64,000 bases of DNA from an uncultured Bacilli bacterium (GTDB lineage Bacteria > Bacillota_I > Bacilli_A > RF39 > UBA660): positions 11,554 to 75,553 of the forward strand of contig CAKOQD010000002.1 of assembly GCA_934101185.1 (NCBI GenBank), given 5' to 3'. Within the stretch, counting starts at the first letter, position 1. Every line of letters begins with the position of its first letter. The notes beneath the pieces are model-generated. The model was given only the letters and a program-made list of their open reading frames with translations. It did no database searches and was not told the DNA's origin. Shown piece after piece: positions 26,351 through 36,071 of this stretch. A program made the position numbers and the translations under genes.

Positions 26351-26603
26351 AAAATTAATAAAAATAAAAAAGACAATATAAAATCATCTTTTTTTACACA
26401 AATATACTTACAAACATCTATTGTTTTTATATTATTAGTCATTAACTTTTAACTAAGTATATACAAATTAAATCTAAAAATATCACTAAAAATCATAAAA
26501 ATATTCAATGAATTTATATCTTTCTTGTCTTTGTACCTAACACAAAAAGCAACTATTAACATTAAAAGAATAACATGATATAATGAAAACGGAGGAAACG
26601 ATT

Positions 26604-27188
26604 ATGATTATAGGTATATGTGGTAATTCCGGAAGTGGCAAGACTACTTTAGCCAATCAAATAATAAAATCAACAGACAATAAAGCAATACATCTAGAAA
26701 TAGATAAAATTGGTCATAAAGTTTTATTGCTTCCTGAAGTAAAAAAAGAATTGATAAAACTATATGGAAACAAAATACTAAGTGAAAGCGATATCGATAG
26801 AAAAAAACTAAGCACAATAGTTTTTGATTCTAAAATAGAAATGGATAAACTAACTGATATTACATGGAAATATATGCAAATAGAAATTGACAACTTTCTA
26901 GAAAATAATAAAAATAAAATAGTAATCTTAGATTGGATGTTATTATCAAAATCAAAATATTTTGACATGTGTGATATAAAAATACTTTTAAATACACCAT
27001 ACGATATAAGAAAAAGAAGAGCAACAAGAAGAGATAACATAAGTGAAGAATCATTTAACTTAAGAGATCAGGCTAGTATAACTTACAATGAAGAGAACTT
27101 TGATTATGTTTTAAAAACTAATGAAATTGACAAGAAAAAGCTAGTAAAGTCTCTGTACAAAAGTCGAAAACAAAGGAAAAATAAATGA
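26604..27188 (+). CDS. coaE: Dephospho-CoA kinase-like P-loop kinase
   Basis: IIGICGNSGSGKTTLA P-loop. The layout after it resembles CoaE (IDRKKLSTIVFDS). ATG at 26604 follows the RBS ggagg. Confidence 0.6.
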   Translation: MIIGICGNSGSGKTTLANQIIKSTDNKAIHLEIDKIGHKVLLLPEVKKELIKLYGNKILSESDIDRKKLSTIVFDSKIEMDKLTDITWKYMQIEIDNFLENNKNKIVILDWMLLSKSKYFDMCDIKILLNTPYDIRKRRATRRDNISEESFNLRDQASITYNEENFDYVLKTNEIDKKKLVKSLYKSRKQRKNK

Positions 27189-27661
27189 AACAAGTATTAG
27201 ACTATTTAGAAACCAAAAACATAAAATATGAAATAATTCATCATAAACCTGCGATGACAACTGAAGAAGCAGATAAATATATCGAAGGAAAAGAAGGAGT
27301 TCGTTCAAAAACTATATTTATGACAAATAAAAAAGATAAAAAGTTTTATCTAATTATAATGGACGACTCTAAAAGATTAGATATAAAAAAGATGAATGAA
27401 CTAACAAATGATAAACTCCACTTTGCAAAAGAAGAACAACTAAAAGAAAAACTAGGATTAAAAACAGGAACAGTATCAATATTTGGACTAATAAATAATA
27501 AAGATCATGATATTAACATCTATATAGATAAAGATATAATAAACGAAAAACTAATAACATTTCACCCAAATGATAACACCGCAACTATCTTTATAACCCT
27601 ACAAGATATGTTTAAAATACTAAATGATTTAGATTACTCTTATGAAATAATAAAACTATAA
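27185..27661 (+). CDS. YbaK/ProX-type aminoacyl-tRNA editing (deacylase) domain protein
   Basis: 158 aa. KTIFMTNKKDKKFYLIIMDDSKRLDIKKM and TGTVSIFGL blocks typical of the YbaK/ProX family. Confidence 0.65.
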   Translation: MKQVLDYLETKNIKYEIIHHKPAMTTEEADKYIEGKEGVRSKTIFMTNKKDKKFYLIIMDDSKRLDIKKMNELTNDKLHFAKEEQLKEKLGLKTGTVSIFGLINNKDHDINIYIDKDIINEKLITFHPNDNTATIFITLQDMFKILNDLDYSYEIIKL

Positions 27662-27668
27662 AACACTT

Positions 27669-28307
27669 TTATTCAGGAAAATAAAGCAACTTTATTTTCT
27701 TGTTTTTTATTTCAATAAGACCCTCATCCTTAAGATTCTTAAGCTCTCTACTCATTGCACTCCTGTCAATTGCTAAATAATCAGCAAGAGCAGTAAAAGA
27801 AGAAGGAACATACACAATTCTAGCATTTGTATCCATATAAGAATACTTAAAATAAGAAAGAAGTTTATTTCTAATAGTCTTATTAGTCAAAATATCAACT
27901 CTTTCATTATTTGAAGTCAACTTCTTTTGAGTAATCTCTAATAAATTAATCAAAAACTGACTAAAAATTGAAGAATTAATATTAGCATTACTATATATAT
28001 AAGCAGTATCAATAAAAATAACCAAAGACTCTTCCTTAGCAATAACATCATAATCACTATTAACTAAATTAGATATATTAGTTCCGAAAACATCCCCCTC
28101 ATCAAGCACCTCAACTAAAGACCTATTACCAGCACTATCAGTCTTTATAATATTAAGATAACCAGTCTTTACAATTGCAATATAATTATTCATTTTAATC
28201 TTACTTGACACTAACTCATTTACACTAAAATGTAAACTAGAAGCCTCCAACATTTTTAATAAAAATCCCTGTTTACTAGGGTGAATTCCTTTGAATAAAT
28301 CGTTCAT
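27669..28307 (-). CDS. Crp/Fnr family transcriptional regulator
   Basis: 212 aa. cNMP-binding-like N-terminal domain and C-terminal HTH (LADYLAIDRSAMSRELKNL). Confidence 0.8.
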   Translation of the reverse strand: MNDLFKGIHPSKQGFLLKMLEASSLHFSVNELVSSKIKMNNYIAIVKTGYLNIIKTDSAGNRSLVEVLDEGDVFGTNISNLVNSDYDVIAKEESLVIFIDTAYIYSNANINSSIFSQFLINLLEITQKKLTSNNERVDILTNKTIRNKLLSYFKYSYMDTNARIVYVPSSFTALADYLAIDRSAMSRELKNLKDEGLIEIKNKKIKLLYFPE

Positions 28308-28346
28308 AATATCCCTCCCAAAAATATTTTAACATTATTTTTAAAA

Positions 28347-28362
28347 TGTTGCAATTGCAACA
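28347..28362. promoter_or_regulatory. 16-bp perfect palindrome TGTTGCAATTGCAACA, candidate operator
   Basis: Perfect dyad in the 113-nt divergent intergenic region between the Crp/Fnr gene and nrdD. Confidence 0.45.
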
Positions 28363-28420
28363 ATAACAATTTTCGACAAAATTATATAATTAAAATGTAA
28401 AAAAATAGGAGGAGTAAAAA

Positions 28421-30574
28421 ATGAAAGTAATTAAAAGAGACGGACACATGGTTGATTATTGTCCTGAAAAAATCGAAGCAGCCATATTAAAAGCAAATAA
28501 GGAAGTAGAAGAAAACCAACAAGCATCACACACACAAATAAGAAACATTGAAAAATACATTGAATCACTTGGTAAGAAAAGAATTCTTGTCGAAGATATT
28601 CAAGATATTATAGAAATGAAACTTATGTCAATAGGTAAGTATGAACTAGCTAAAAAATACATTACTTATAGATATACAAGAGAACTAGTTAGAAAAAGTA
28701 ACACTACTGACTTGGCCATTAAAGAACTAATAGATGGAGAAAGTGAATACTGGAACACAGAAAACTCAAATAAAAATGCTAAAGTAGTAACAACACAAAG
28801 AGACTATTTAGCGGGAATAACAAGCACAGACATTACAAGAAGATTTTTATTACCAGAAGACATAGTAGAAGCACATGATGCTGGAATAATACATTTCCAC
28901 GATGCTGACTACTTTGCACAAAATGCACTACATAATTGTGACTTAATAAACCTAGAAGATATGTTACAAAATGGTACAAATATAAATGGAGTAATGATTG
29001 AAAAACCACATAAATTTTTAACTGCAGTAACAATTGCAACTCAAATCATAACAGCAGTATCATCAAGTCAATATGGGGGAGTATCAATAACACTTACACA
29101 CTTAGCACCATTCGTAAGGGACAGTTATAACAGATATTTAAAAATATATAAAGCACGTAAATTACCAAAAGAACAATGCGAAAAATTTGCAAAAGAAGAT
29201 TTAAAAACAGAAATTACCGCAGGAGTACAAACATTCCAATACCAAGTTAATTCAATGACTACTACTAACGGACAAGCACCATTCTTAAGCGTTTGCATGT
29301 ATCTTGGCGAAACAAAAGAATATAAAGAAGAATTAGCAATGATTATCGAAGAATTCTTACATCAAAGAATCGAAGGAATGAAAAATGAAAAAGGAGTTTA
29401 TATAACCCCAGCTTTCCCTAAACTATTATACGTACTTGAAGAAGATAACATCCACGAAGATAGTAAATACTACTATCTTACACAATTAGCAGCAAAATGT
29501 ACTGCTAAACGTATGGTACCAGACTATATATCAGAAAAAATGATGTTACAACTTAAAATAGATAAAAATGGAAATGGTAACTGTTATCCATGTATGGGAT
29601 GCCGTTCATTCCTAACTCCATACGTTGATGAAAACGGAAAACCAAAATATTATGGTAGATTCAATCAAGGAGTTGTAACAATAAACTTACCAGACGTTGC
29701 TTTATCATCAGACAAAGACGAAGAAACATTCTTTAAAATATTTGATGAAAGACTAGAACTATGCCATAGAGCACTTCAAATAAGACATAAAAGACTATCA
29801 AAAGCAACAAGCGATGTAGCACCAATCCTATGGCAATATGGAGCACTAGCAAGACTTCCAAAAGGAGCAAGCATTCATGACTTACTACATAATGGATACT
29901 CAACAATTTCACTTGGATACGCTGGTCTTTATGAATGTGTAAAATATATGACAGGACACTCTCATACAGATAATGGTAAAGGAAAAGAATTTGCTATTAA
30001 AGTAATGCAAAGAATGAATGAAAAATGTAAAGAATGGAAAGAAAAAGAAAACATTGACTATAGTGTATATGGAACACCACTAGAAAGTACAACATATAAA
30101 TTTGCAAAATGCTTAAGAGATAGATTCGGAGTAATCAAAGGAATAACAAACCGTGACTATATAACAAACTCATATCACGTACCAGTATTCGAAGAAATAG
30201 ACGCATTTACAAAACTAAAACTTGAAAGCGAATTCCAAAACCTATCACCTGGGGGAGCAATATCATACATTGAAACACCAAACCTACAAAACAATTTAGA
30301 TGCTGTTATCGAAGTAATTAAATTCATCTATGACAACATTATGTATGCTGAATTAAATACAAAGTCAGACTACTGCCAAAAATGTGGATTTGATGGAGAA
30401 ATACTATTAAATGATGACCTTGAATGGTACTGTCCACAATGTGGTAATAAAGATCATGATACCCTAAACGTTGCAAGACGTACATGTGGATACATTGGAA
30501 CAAAGTTTTGGAACAGAGGAAGAACCCAAGAAATAAAAGAACGTGTTCTACACTTAGACAATAAGGAAGACTAA
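28421..30574 (+). CDS. nrdD: Anaerobic ribonucleoside-triphosphate reductase
   Basis: 717 aa. ATP-cone N-terminus, C-terminal Zn-ribbon CQKCG...CPQCG and glycyl-radical motif RRTCGYIG. Confidence 0.95.
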   Translation: MKVIKRDGHMVDYCPEKIEAAILKANKEVEENQQASHTQIRNIEKYIESLGKKRILVEDIQDIIEMKLMSIGKYELAKKYITYRYTRELVRKSNTTDLAIKELIDGESEYWNTENSNKNAKVVTTQRDYLAGITSTDITRRFLLPEDIVEAHDAGIIHFHDADYFAQNALHNCDLINLEDMLQNGTNINGVMIEKPHKFLTAVTIATQIITAVSSSQYGGVSITLTHLAPFVRDSYNRYLKIYKARKLPKEQCEKFAKEDLKTEITAGVQTFQYQVNSMTTTNGQAPFLSVCMYLGETKEYKEELAMIIEEFLHQRIEGMKNEKGVYITPAFPKLLYVLEEDNIHEDSKYYYLTQLAAKCTAKRMVPDYISEKMMLQLKIDKNGNGNCYPCMGCRSFLTPYVDENGKPKYYGRFNQGVVTINLPDVALSSDKDEETFFKIFDERLELCHRALQIRHKRLSKATSDVAPILWQYGALARLPKGASIHDLLHNGYSTISLGYAGLYECVKYMTGHSHTDNGKGKEFAIKVMQRMNEKCKEWKEKENIDYSVYGTPLESTTYKFAKCLRDRFGVIKGITNRDYITNSYHVPVFEEIDAFTKLKLESEFQNLSPGGAISYIETPNLQNNLDAVIEVIKFIYDNIMYAELNTKSDYCQKCGFDGEILLNDDLEWYCPQCGNKDHDTLNVARRTCGYIGTKFWNRGRTQEIKERVLHLDNKED

Positions 30575-30575
30575 A

Positions 30576-31073
30576 ATGAGATACAACAAAATTCGTAAAA
30601 TGGACATATCAAATGGACCAGGAGTAAGAGTATCAATATTCATGCAAGGATGTACATTCAATTGTAAAAATTGCTTCAATCCTGAAACTCACGACTTTAA
30701 CGGAGGAAAAGAACTAACAGATGAAGTAATAGAACATATACTAGAACTTGCAAAAAAAGAATACATCGAAGGACTTTCAATACTCGGGGGAGAACCACTT
30801 CACCCAAAAAATATTGATGCATCTACCAAACTAGCTAAAAAGTTTAAAGAAACATATCCAGAAAAAACAATATGGGTATGGACAGGATTTAACTATGAAA
30901 ACAATTTAAAAGATAAAGAAATCTTAAAATATATTGACTATCTAGTAGATGGACAATTTATCGAAGAACAAAAAAATCCTAAATTAAAATATGCTGGATC
31001 CTCAAATCAAAGAGTAATAGATATAAAAAAGACTCTAAAAAAAGGACAAGTAGTAGAAATTAAAAACAATTAG
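30576..31073 (+). CDS. nrdG: Anaerobic ribonucleotide reductase activating protein (radical SAM)
   Basis: 165 aa. GCTFNCKNCFN cluster motif. Immediately follows nrdD. Confidence 0.9.
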   Translation: MRYNKIRKMDISNGPGVRVSIFMQGCTFNCKNCFNPETHDFNGGKELTDEVIEHILELAKKEYIEGLSILGGEPLHPKNIDASTKLAKKFKETYPEKTIWVWTGFNYENNLKDKEILKYIDYLVDGQFIEEQKNPKLKYAGSSNQRVIDIKKTLKKGQVVEIKNN

Positions 31074-31201
31074 GCTCATCATTGATGAGTCTTTACTTTG
31101 TAAAATATAATAAACAATAACTATAAAACAAATGTCAACTTAACTATTTTCCTTTGGAAATAAATACTTTTAATGATATAATAAAAAAGGAGATGATGAA
31201 T

Positions 31202-33103
31202 ATGGCACTAAAATATGATGAAAATAGTATAAAAATACTCGAAGGACTAGACGCAGTAAGAAAAAGACCAGGTATGTACATTGGTTCAACAGATAAAAGA
31301 GGACTACATCACTTAGTCTGGGAAATCGTTGATAACTCTATAGATGAAGTAATAAATGGCTTTGGTAACTACATAAAAATAACCCTATATCCAGATGGTA
31401 GTGTTGAAGTAGAAGACCATGGACGTGGACTACCAACAGGAATGCACTCAAGTGGTAAATCAACCCCAGAAGTAATATTTACAATCCTACATGCTGGAGG
31501 AAAATTTGAAACAAGTGGATATAAAGTATCCGGAGGACTACACGGTGTAGGTTCATCAGTAGTAAATGCCTTATCAGAATGGCTTGAACTAACCATAAGA
31601 AGAGACGGTTATGAATATAATATGCGCTTTGAAAACGGCGGTAGAGTAGCAAAACCACTTACTAAAGTTGGAACTACAAATAAAACTGGTACAACAGTAA
31701 GATTTTTACCAGACAAAGAAATATTCCAAAGCATAAACTTCTCATACACAACAATCGCTGAAAGAATGCAAGAATCAGCATTTCTACTTAAAGGTCTAAC
31801 AATTGAATTAATTGATATTGAAGATAAAAAACACGATAAATTCTTTTATGAAGATGGACTATCAGCATTTGTAGAAATGATCAATGAAAACAAAACACCA
31901 CTTCATAAAGTCCACACAATAACAGGAACAAAAAATGATATTGAAGTCGATATTGCATTCCAATACACTGACTCATATAGTGAAAACATAATATCCTTCG
32001 TAAACAATGTAAAAACAACAGACGGAGGAACTCACGAAGTAGGATTTAAAACAGCACTTACTAAAGTCTTCAATGACTACGCCAAAAATAATAATTTCCT
32101 AAAAGCAAAAGACAAAGCATTTGATGGTTCCGATGTACGTGAAGGATTAACAGCCATTATATCATTAAAAATACCAGAATCATTACTACAATTCGAAGGA
32201 CAAACAAAATCAAAACTAGGAAGTCCAGTAGCAAGAACAGCAGTCGAATCAATCGCAACTGAAAAACTATCATTCTTTCTTGAAGAAAATAAAAAAGTTG
32301 CAACAGATATAATAGACAAATCACTAAAAAGTAAACTAGCTCGTGAAGCAGCAAGAAAAGCCCGTGAAGAAGTAAGAAAAGGAAAAAATAAAAATGCTAA
32401 AGAAAAATTAATGTCAGGAAAGCTTACTCCTGCTAGTAAAAAAGATAAAACAAAAAATGAACTATTCTTAGTCGAAGGAGACTCTGCCGGAGGATCAGCA
32501 AAACAAGGAAGAGATAGAAAATTCCAAGCGATCCTACCACTAAGAGGTAAAGTTTTAAATACCGAAAAAGCAAAATTCGAAGATATTCTAAAAAATGAAG
32601 AACTAAATACAATGATTTATACAATCGGCGCTGGATCAGGTTCTAACTTTGAAAAAGAAGATATAGAATATGACAAAGTAATAATAATGACCGATGCCGA
32701 TGACGATGGTGCCCATATTCAGTGCCTATTACTTACATTCTTCTATAGATATATGCGCCCATTAATTGAACTAGGAAAACTATACATTGCTATGCCACCA
32801 TTATTTAAAATAACAAGTGGTAAACAAGTAGATTACGCTTACACCAATGAAGAACTAAGAGAAAAAACAAAAGATAAGAAATGTGAGATTCAAAGATATA
32901 AAGGATTAGGTGAAATGAATGCCGAACAACTATGGGAAACAACAATGAATCCACTCACAAGAACACTTGTAAAAGTAAACATTGATGATGCATCGCTCGC
33001 AGAAAAAAGAGTAAGCGTTCTAATGGGAGACAAAGTAGAACCAAGAAAAGAATGGATTGAAGAAAACGTTGAATTCTCATTAGAAGACGATTATAAAATA
33101 TAA
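31202..33103 (+). CDS. Type IIA DNA topoisomerase subunit B (ParE or GyrB)
   Basis: LEGLDAVRKRPGMYIGST, GHKL ATPase, Toprim (EGDSAGG, DADDDGAHI). No adjacent A subunit, so ParE versus GyrB is not resolved. ATG at 31202 follows the RBS aaggaga. Confidence 0.85.
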   Translation: MALKYDENSIKILEGLDAVRKRPGMYIGSTDKRGLHHLVWEIVDNSIDEVINGFGNYIKITLYPDGSVEVEDHGRGLPTGMHSSGKSTPEVIFTILHAGGKFETSGYKVSGGLHGVGSSVVNALSEWLELTIRRDGYEYNMRFENGGRVAKPLTKVGTTNKTGTTVRFLPDKEIFQSINFSYTTIAERMQESAFLLKGLTIELIDIEDKKHDKFFYEDGLSAFVEMINENKTPLHKVHTITGTKNDIEVDIAFQYTDSYSENIISFVNNVKTTDGGTHEVGFKTALTKVFNDYAKNNNFLKAKDKAFDGSDVREGLTAIISLKIPESLLQFEGQTKSKLGSPVARTAVESIATEKLSFFLEENKKVATDIIDKSLKSKLAREAARKAREEVRKGKNKNAKEKLMSGKLTPASKKDKTKNELFLVEGDSAGGSAKQGRDRKFQAILPLRGKVLNTEKAKFEDILKNEELNTMIYTIGAGSGSNFEKEDIEYDKVIIMTDADDDGAHIQCLLLTFFYRYMRPLIELGKLYIAMPPLFKITSGKQVDYAYTNEELREKTKDKKCEIQRYKGLGEMNAEQLWETTMNPLTRTLVKVNIDDASLAEKRVSVLMGDKVEPRKEWIEENVEFSLEDDYKI

Positions 33104-33118
33104 AAAGAAGGTGATAAA

Positions 33119-33673
33119 ATGTATAAAAAATATATAAAGCAAATAATAGATACAATAATTGCTACAATACTATTTATCATTTTATTACCTTTAATAATTA
33201 TAGTATTAATAATTACCTTTATAGATCTAGGATTGCCACTTCATAATACACTAAGATATCGTGAAGGTAAAAACAAAAAGCCATACATTATGTATAAAAT
33301 AAGAACTAAAAAACTAGGAATGGAATATGTAACTGATGGTACAGAGTATACAAAAATAAGCTATATAATTGACAGATTAAGACTAAATGAACTACCACAA
33401 TTAATAAATGTTATAAAAGGAGACATGGCACTTGTAGGACCAAGACCATTCATACCAAAAGACATCCTTCCAAATGATAAAATACCAAAGGAAAGATATC
33501 TAGTAAAACCAGGACTAACAGGACTTGCTCAAGTAAACGGAGGAAGAAACATAACACATAAACAAAAACTAGAATATGACGTTATTTACTATAATAATAT
33601 CAGTTTCTTATACGATTTAAAAATAATTTTAAAGACACCAAAAAGTTTGTTGAGAAAAGACAATTTTAAATAA
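33119..33673 (+). CDS. Polyprenyl-phosphate sugar phosphotransferase (bacterial sugar transferase family, small EpsL/WbaP-C type)
   Basis: 184 aa. One N-terminal TM segment. LPQLINVIKGDMALVGPRP motif. Confidence 0.8.
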   Translation: MYKKYIKQIIDTIIATILFIILLPLIIIVLIITFIDLGLPLHNTLRYREGKNKKPYIMYKIRTKKLGMEYVTDGTEYTKISYIIDRLRLNELPQLINVIKGDMALVGPRPFIPKDILPNDKIPKERYLVKPGLTGLAQVNGGRNITHKQKLEYDVIYYNNISFLYDLKIILKTPKSLLRKDNFK

Positions 33674-33695
33674 AATGAAACAAGAAAGGATTAAT

Positions 33696-35150
33696 ATGAA
33701 GAATTTTATTACAAAATTTAATACAAAAAACTTTAAAATTGGAAGCTTTGATGTAAATGTTGCAAAAAGTAAAGAATTAATTAAACAAAACAATAACCTA
33801 AGCGAAGAACAAGCAAAAGATATATTAAGTTCAATGCCTACCACTCATCGTGCATCTATTATAGATAATAACGATAATTATATAGGATACATTGGAATAT
33901 ATGACATCAATGGAAAAAATGATTCATGTAAAATTAGATTTGAAACTAATAGAAATCTTACCTATGAAGAAAGAAAAGAAATACTTGAAACATACAAAGA
34001 ATATCTAGAAAACTTAAATCTAATAAACTATAAAGAAATAAATTATACTTCCAATGAAACAAAAACTAAAGAAACAAATCCAGTAGAAGACAAATTTATT
34101 AATATGAATTCAAACCATCTATCTTCTGGAATATCTGAAGAAACATTAAAATACTTCAGTAGTCAGTACAATATACCTAATTTAAACTTTCCATTTACTG
34201 TAAAAGATGGAGAAAAATTAATTGGTATCATTGGAGTAACAAACCTAATATGGTCAAATAAAAGAGCAACAATTCAACTATTTATAGATAAAAAATATGA
34301 TGAAGAATACTTGGTATCATTTGCAAGTTATATAATAAATGAATATTTAGAATATTTACATGCTTACAATCTACACAATATTTCAATACAAGCAGATGGA
34401 AGTGATGAGCTTAAAAATGACATTATCACTTCAAGTAATATGAAAATGTTTGCAGTCTTACCATTTGCATCAGAAAAAGATGAAAAACTAAACTCACTAT
34501 TTATGTATCAACATTTTCCCAATATAACAAATGAATTTGAAATAAAAGAACAAAATAAATCAGTTCCAATAGACTATTTTGATACAGAAAAAAAAGAAAT
34601 AGATGATGTAATTCTTCTAGAGGATGGATACAAATTAGTTAACTCAAAAGCTTTTGAAAAAGAAAAGATAGATATAAATAAACTAATTAATTCTCATGCA
34701 AAATGTCTGCGATATAAAGAACAATTCTCAGTCCCACTAGGAGAATACAAACTATTTCCTCAAATAGGAAATGGTAACTATGGAATATCTAGAGCAATTA
34801 AAAGCTATACTTATGTACTTGTTAATAAAGAAAACGACTACAGTGGATACATAAATATTCTTCATGAAAACCTAAAAAACAAAAATGTAGAAATAGAAAT
34901 AGGTATAGAACCATCTCTTCAAGGTCAAGGATTAGGAACAGAAGTACTCGAAGCATTCTATGAAGAACTATTTAGTGTAGGATATTCAAGTGTATCAAGT
35001 GTTGTATTCAGTTTTAATGAAAAATCCTTAAAATTACACAAAGCATTAGCACAGTATAATGGAGCAAGAAAAGAGTCATACTATATAAATGGAAAATTAT
35101 GGGATATGAACTATTTTACCAAAGTAAATCCTAAAATAGAAAAAAGATAA
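33696..35150 (+). CDS. Multi-domain GNAT-like protein (three RimJ/RimL-like repeats, only the last with an intact acetyl-CoA motif)
   Basis: Three repeats of an IGYIG/IGIIG ... hydrophobic-core pattern. QGQGLGTEVLEAF occurs only in the C-terminal repeat. Confidence 0.55.
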   Translation: MKNFITKFNTKNFKIGSFDVNVAKSKELIKQNNNLSEEQAKDILSSMPTTHRASIIDNNDNYIGYIGIYDINGKNDSCKIRFETNRNLTYEERKEILETYKEYLENLNLINYKEINYTSNETKTKETNPVEDKFINMNSNHLSSGISEETLKYFSSQYNIPNLNFPFTVKDGEKLIGIIGVTNLIWSNKRATIQLFIDKKYDEEYLVSFASYIINEYLEYLHAYNLHNISIQADGSDELKNDIITSSNMKMFAVLPFASEKDEKLNSLFMYQHFPNITNEFEIKEQNKSVPIDYFDTEKKEIDDVILLEDGYKLVNSKAFEKEKIDINKLINSHAKCLRYKEQFSVPLGEYKLFPQIGNGNYGISRAIKSYTYVLVNKENDYSGYINILHENLKNKNVEIEIGIEPSLQGQGLGTEVLEAFYEELFSVGYSSVSSVVFSFNEKSLKLHKALAQYNGARKESYYINGKLWDMNYFTKVNPKIEKR

Positions 35151-35193
35151 AACAAAAAAGAACCTCGAATAATTTCGAAGTTCTTTTATTATA

Positions 35194-35796
35194 CTATCTA
35201 TTATAGTATTCAACTATTAATGATTCATTAATTTCAGGATTAAGTTCACTTCTTTCAGGAAGTCTAACATAAGTACCTTCTAATTTAGATTCATCAAAAG
35301 TAACAAATTCAGGTCTTTTAATAGCCTTTTCTAAAGCAGCCTTAACAGCTTTATGATCCTTAGATTCTTCTTTTAAAGCTATAGTTGAACCAACTTTAAC
35401 TCTAAATGATGGAATATCTACTTTCTTACCATTAACAGTAATATGACCATGATTAACTAATTGTCTAGCAGCTCTTCTTGTCGGAGCAAAACCCATACGA
35501 TAAACTAAATTATCTAATCTAGATTCAAGAAGTTTTAAGAAGTTTTCACCATGAAGACCAGCAAGTTTACCAGCTTCATTGAAAGTTTTCTTAAATTGTC
35601 TTTCATTTAGTCCATACATAAATCTAACTTTTTGTTTTTCTTTTAATTGAACACTGTAGTTAGAAGGTTTTCTCTTACGATCTTGACCATGTTGACCTGG
35701 TCCATAAGGACGTCTAGCAAGTTCTTTACCATTTTCTAAAATAGAAAAACCAGTACGACGAGCTTGCTTATAACTAGAACCTGTATATCTTGACAT
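35194..35796 (-). CDS. rpsD: 30S ribosomal protein S4
   Basis: [18 protein letters not shown]... and the S4 RNA-binding domain. Confidence 0.96.
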   Translation of the reverse strand: MSRYTGSSYKQARRTGFSILENGKELARRPYGPGQHGQDRKRKPSNYSVQLKEKQKVRFMYGLNERQFKKTFNEAGKLAGLHGENFLKLLESRLDNLVYRMGFAPTRRAARQLVNHGHITVNGKKVDIPSFRVKVGSTIALKEESKDHKAVKAALEKAIKRPEFVTFDESKLEGTYVRLPERSELNPEINESLIVEYYNR

Positions 35797-35995
35797 AATT
35801 CATTCTCCTTTCAAAGTTTATTTACAATAAACATCGAAAATCATATTTTACTACTTTGCAGGGTGTTTAATCTATGCCTTCGCTTAACAGCAAAAGTTAC
35901 TAACAATCTCAAATAAACACAATTACAAAACATAAAATAACGCTGTTCAATGTATATGCAGTACTAATTATATAAAAATTATACGTAAAAGTCAA
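35797..35995 (-). promoter_or_regulatory. rpsD promoter plus long (about 170 nt) 5' leader
   Basis: Minus-strand TTGACT (35995-35990), 17 nt, TATAAT (35972-35967). A long untranslated leader fits the S4 autoregulation known in Bacillus. Confidence 0.45.
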
Positions 35996-36071
35996 GAAAA
36001 ATTGCACTTTACACTTTCAAAAAAAAACAAAATGCTTTATAATAGTTAAGTACAAAAGAGGTGATACAAGT

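Larger units (their letters stand above)
16992..26400. mobile_element. Degenerate genomic island (probably several tandemly accreted integrative-element remnants) at the tRNA-Leu 3' end
   Basis: Begins at the tRNA 3' end. Codon usage switches. Contains a serine-recombinase pseudogene, repeated tRNA-3'-end-like motifs at module borders and orphan ORFs. The right border is approximate. Confidence 0.6.

Noticed and set aside
16992-26400. Prophage interpretation of the island
   Set aside because: No terminase, portal, capsid, tail, holin/lysin or repressor-like genes are present. The only mobility trace is a recombinase remnant.
26188-26442. 84-aa minus-strand ORF at the right edge of the island
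   Set aside because: It is mostly antisense to the 25790..26350 ORF, has Phe/Leu/Ser-rich low complexity and has no RBS.
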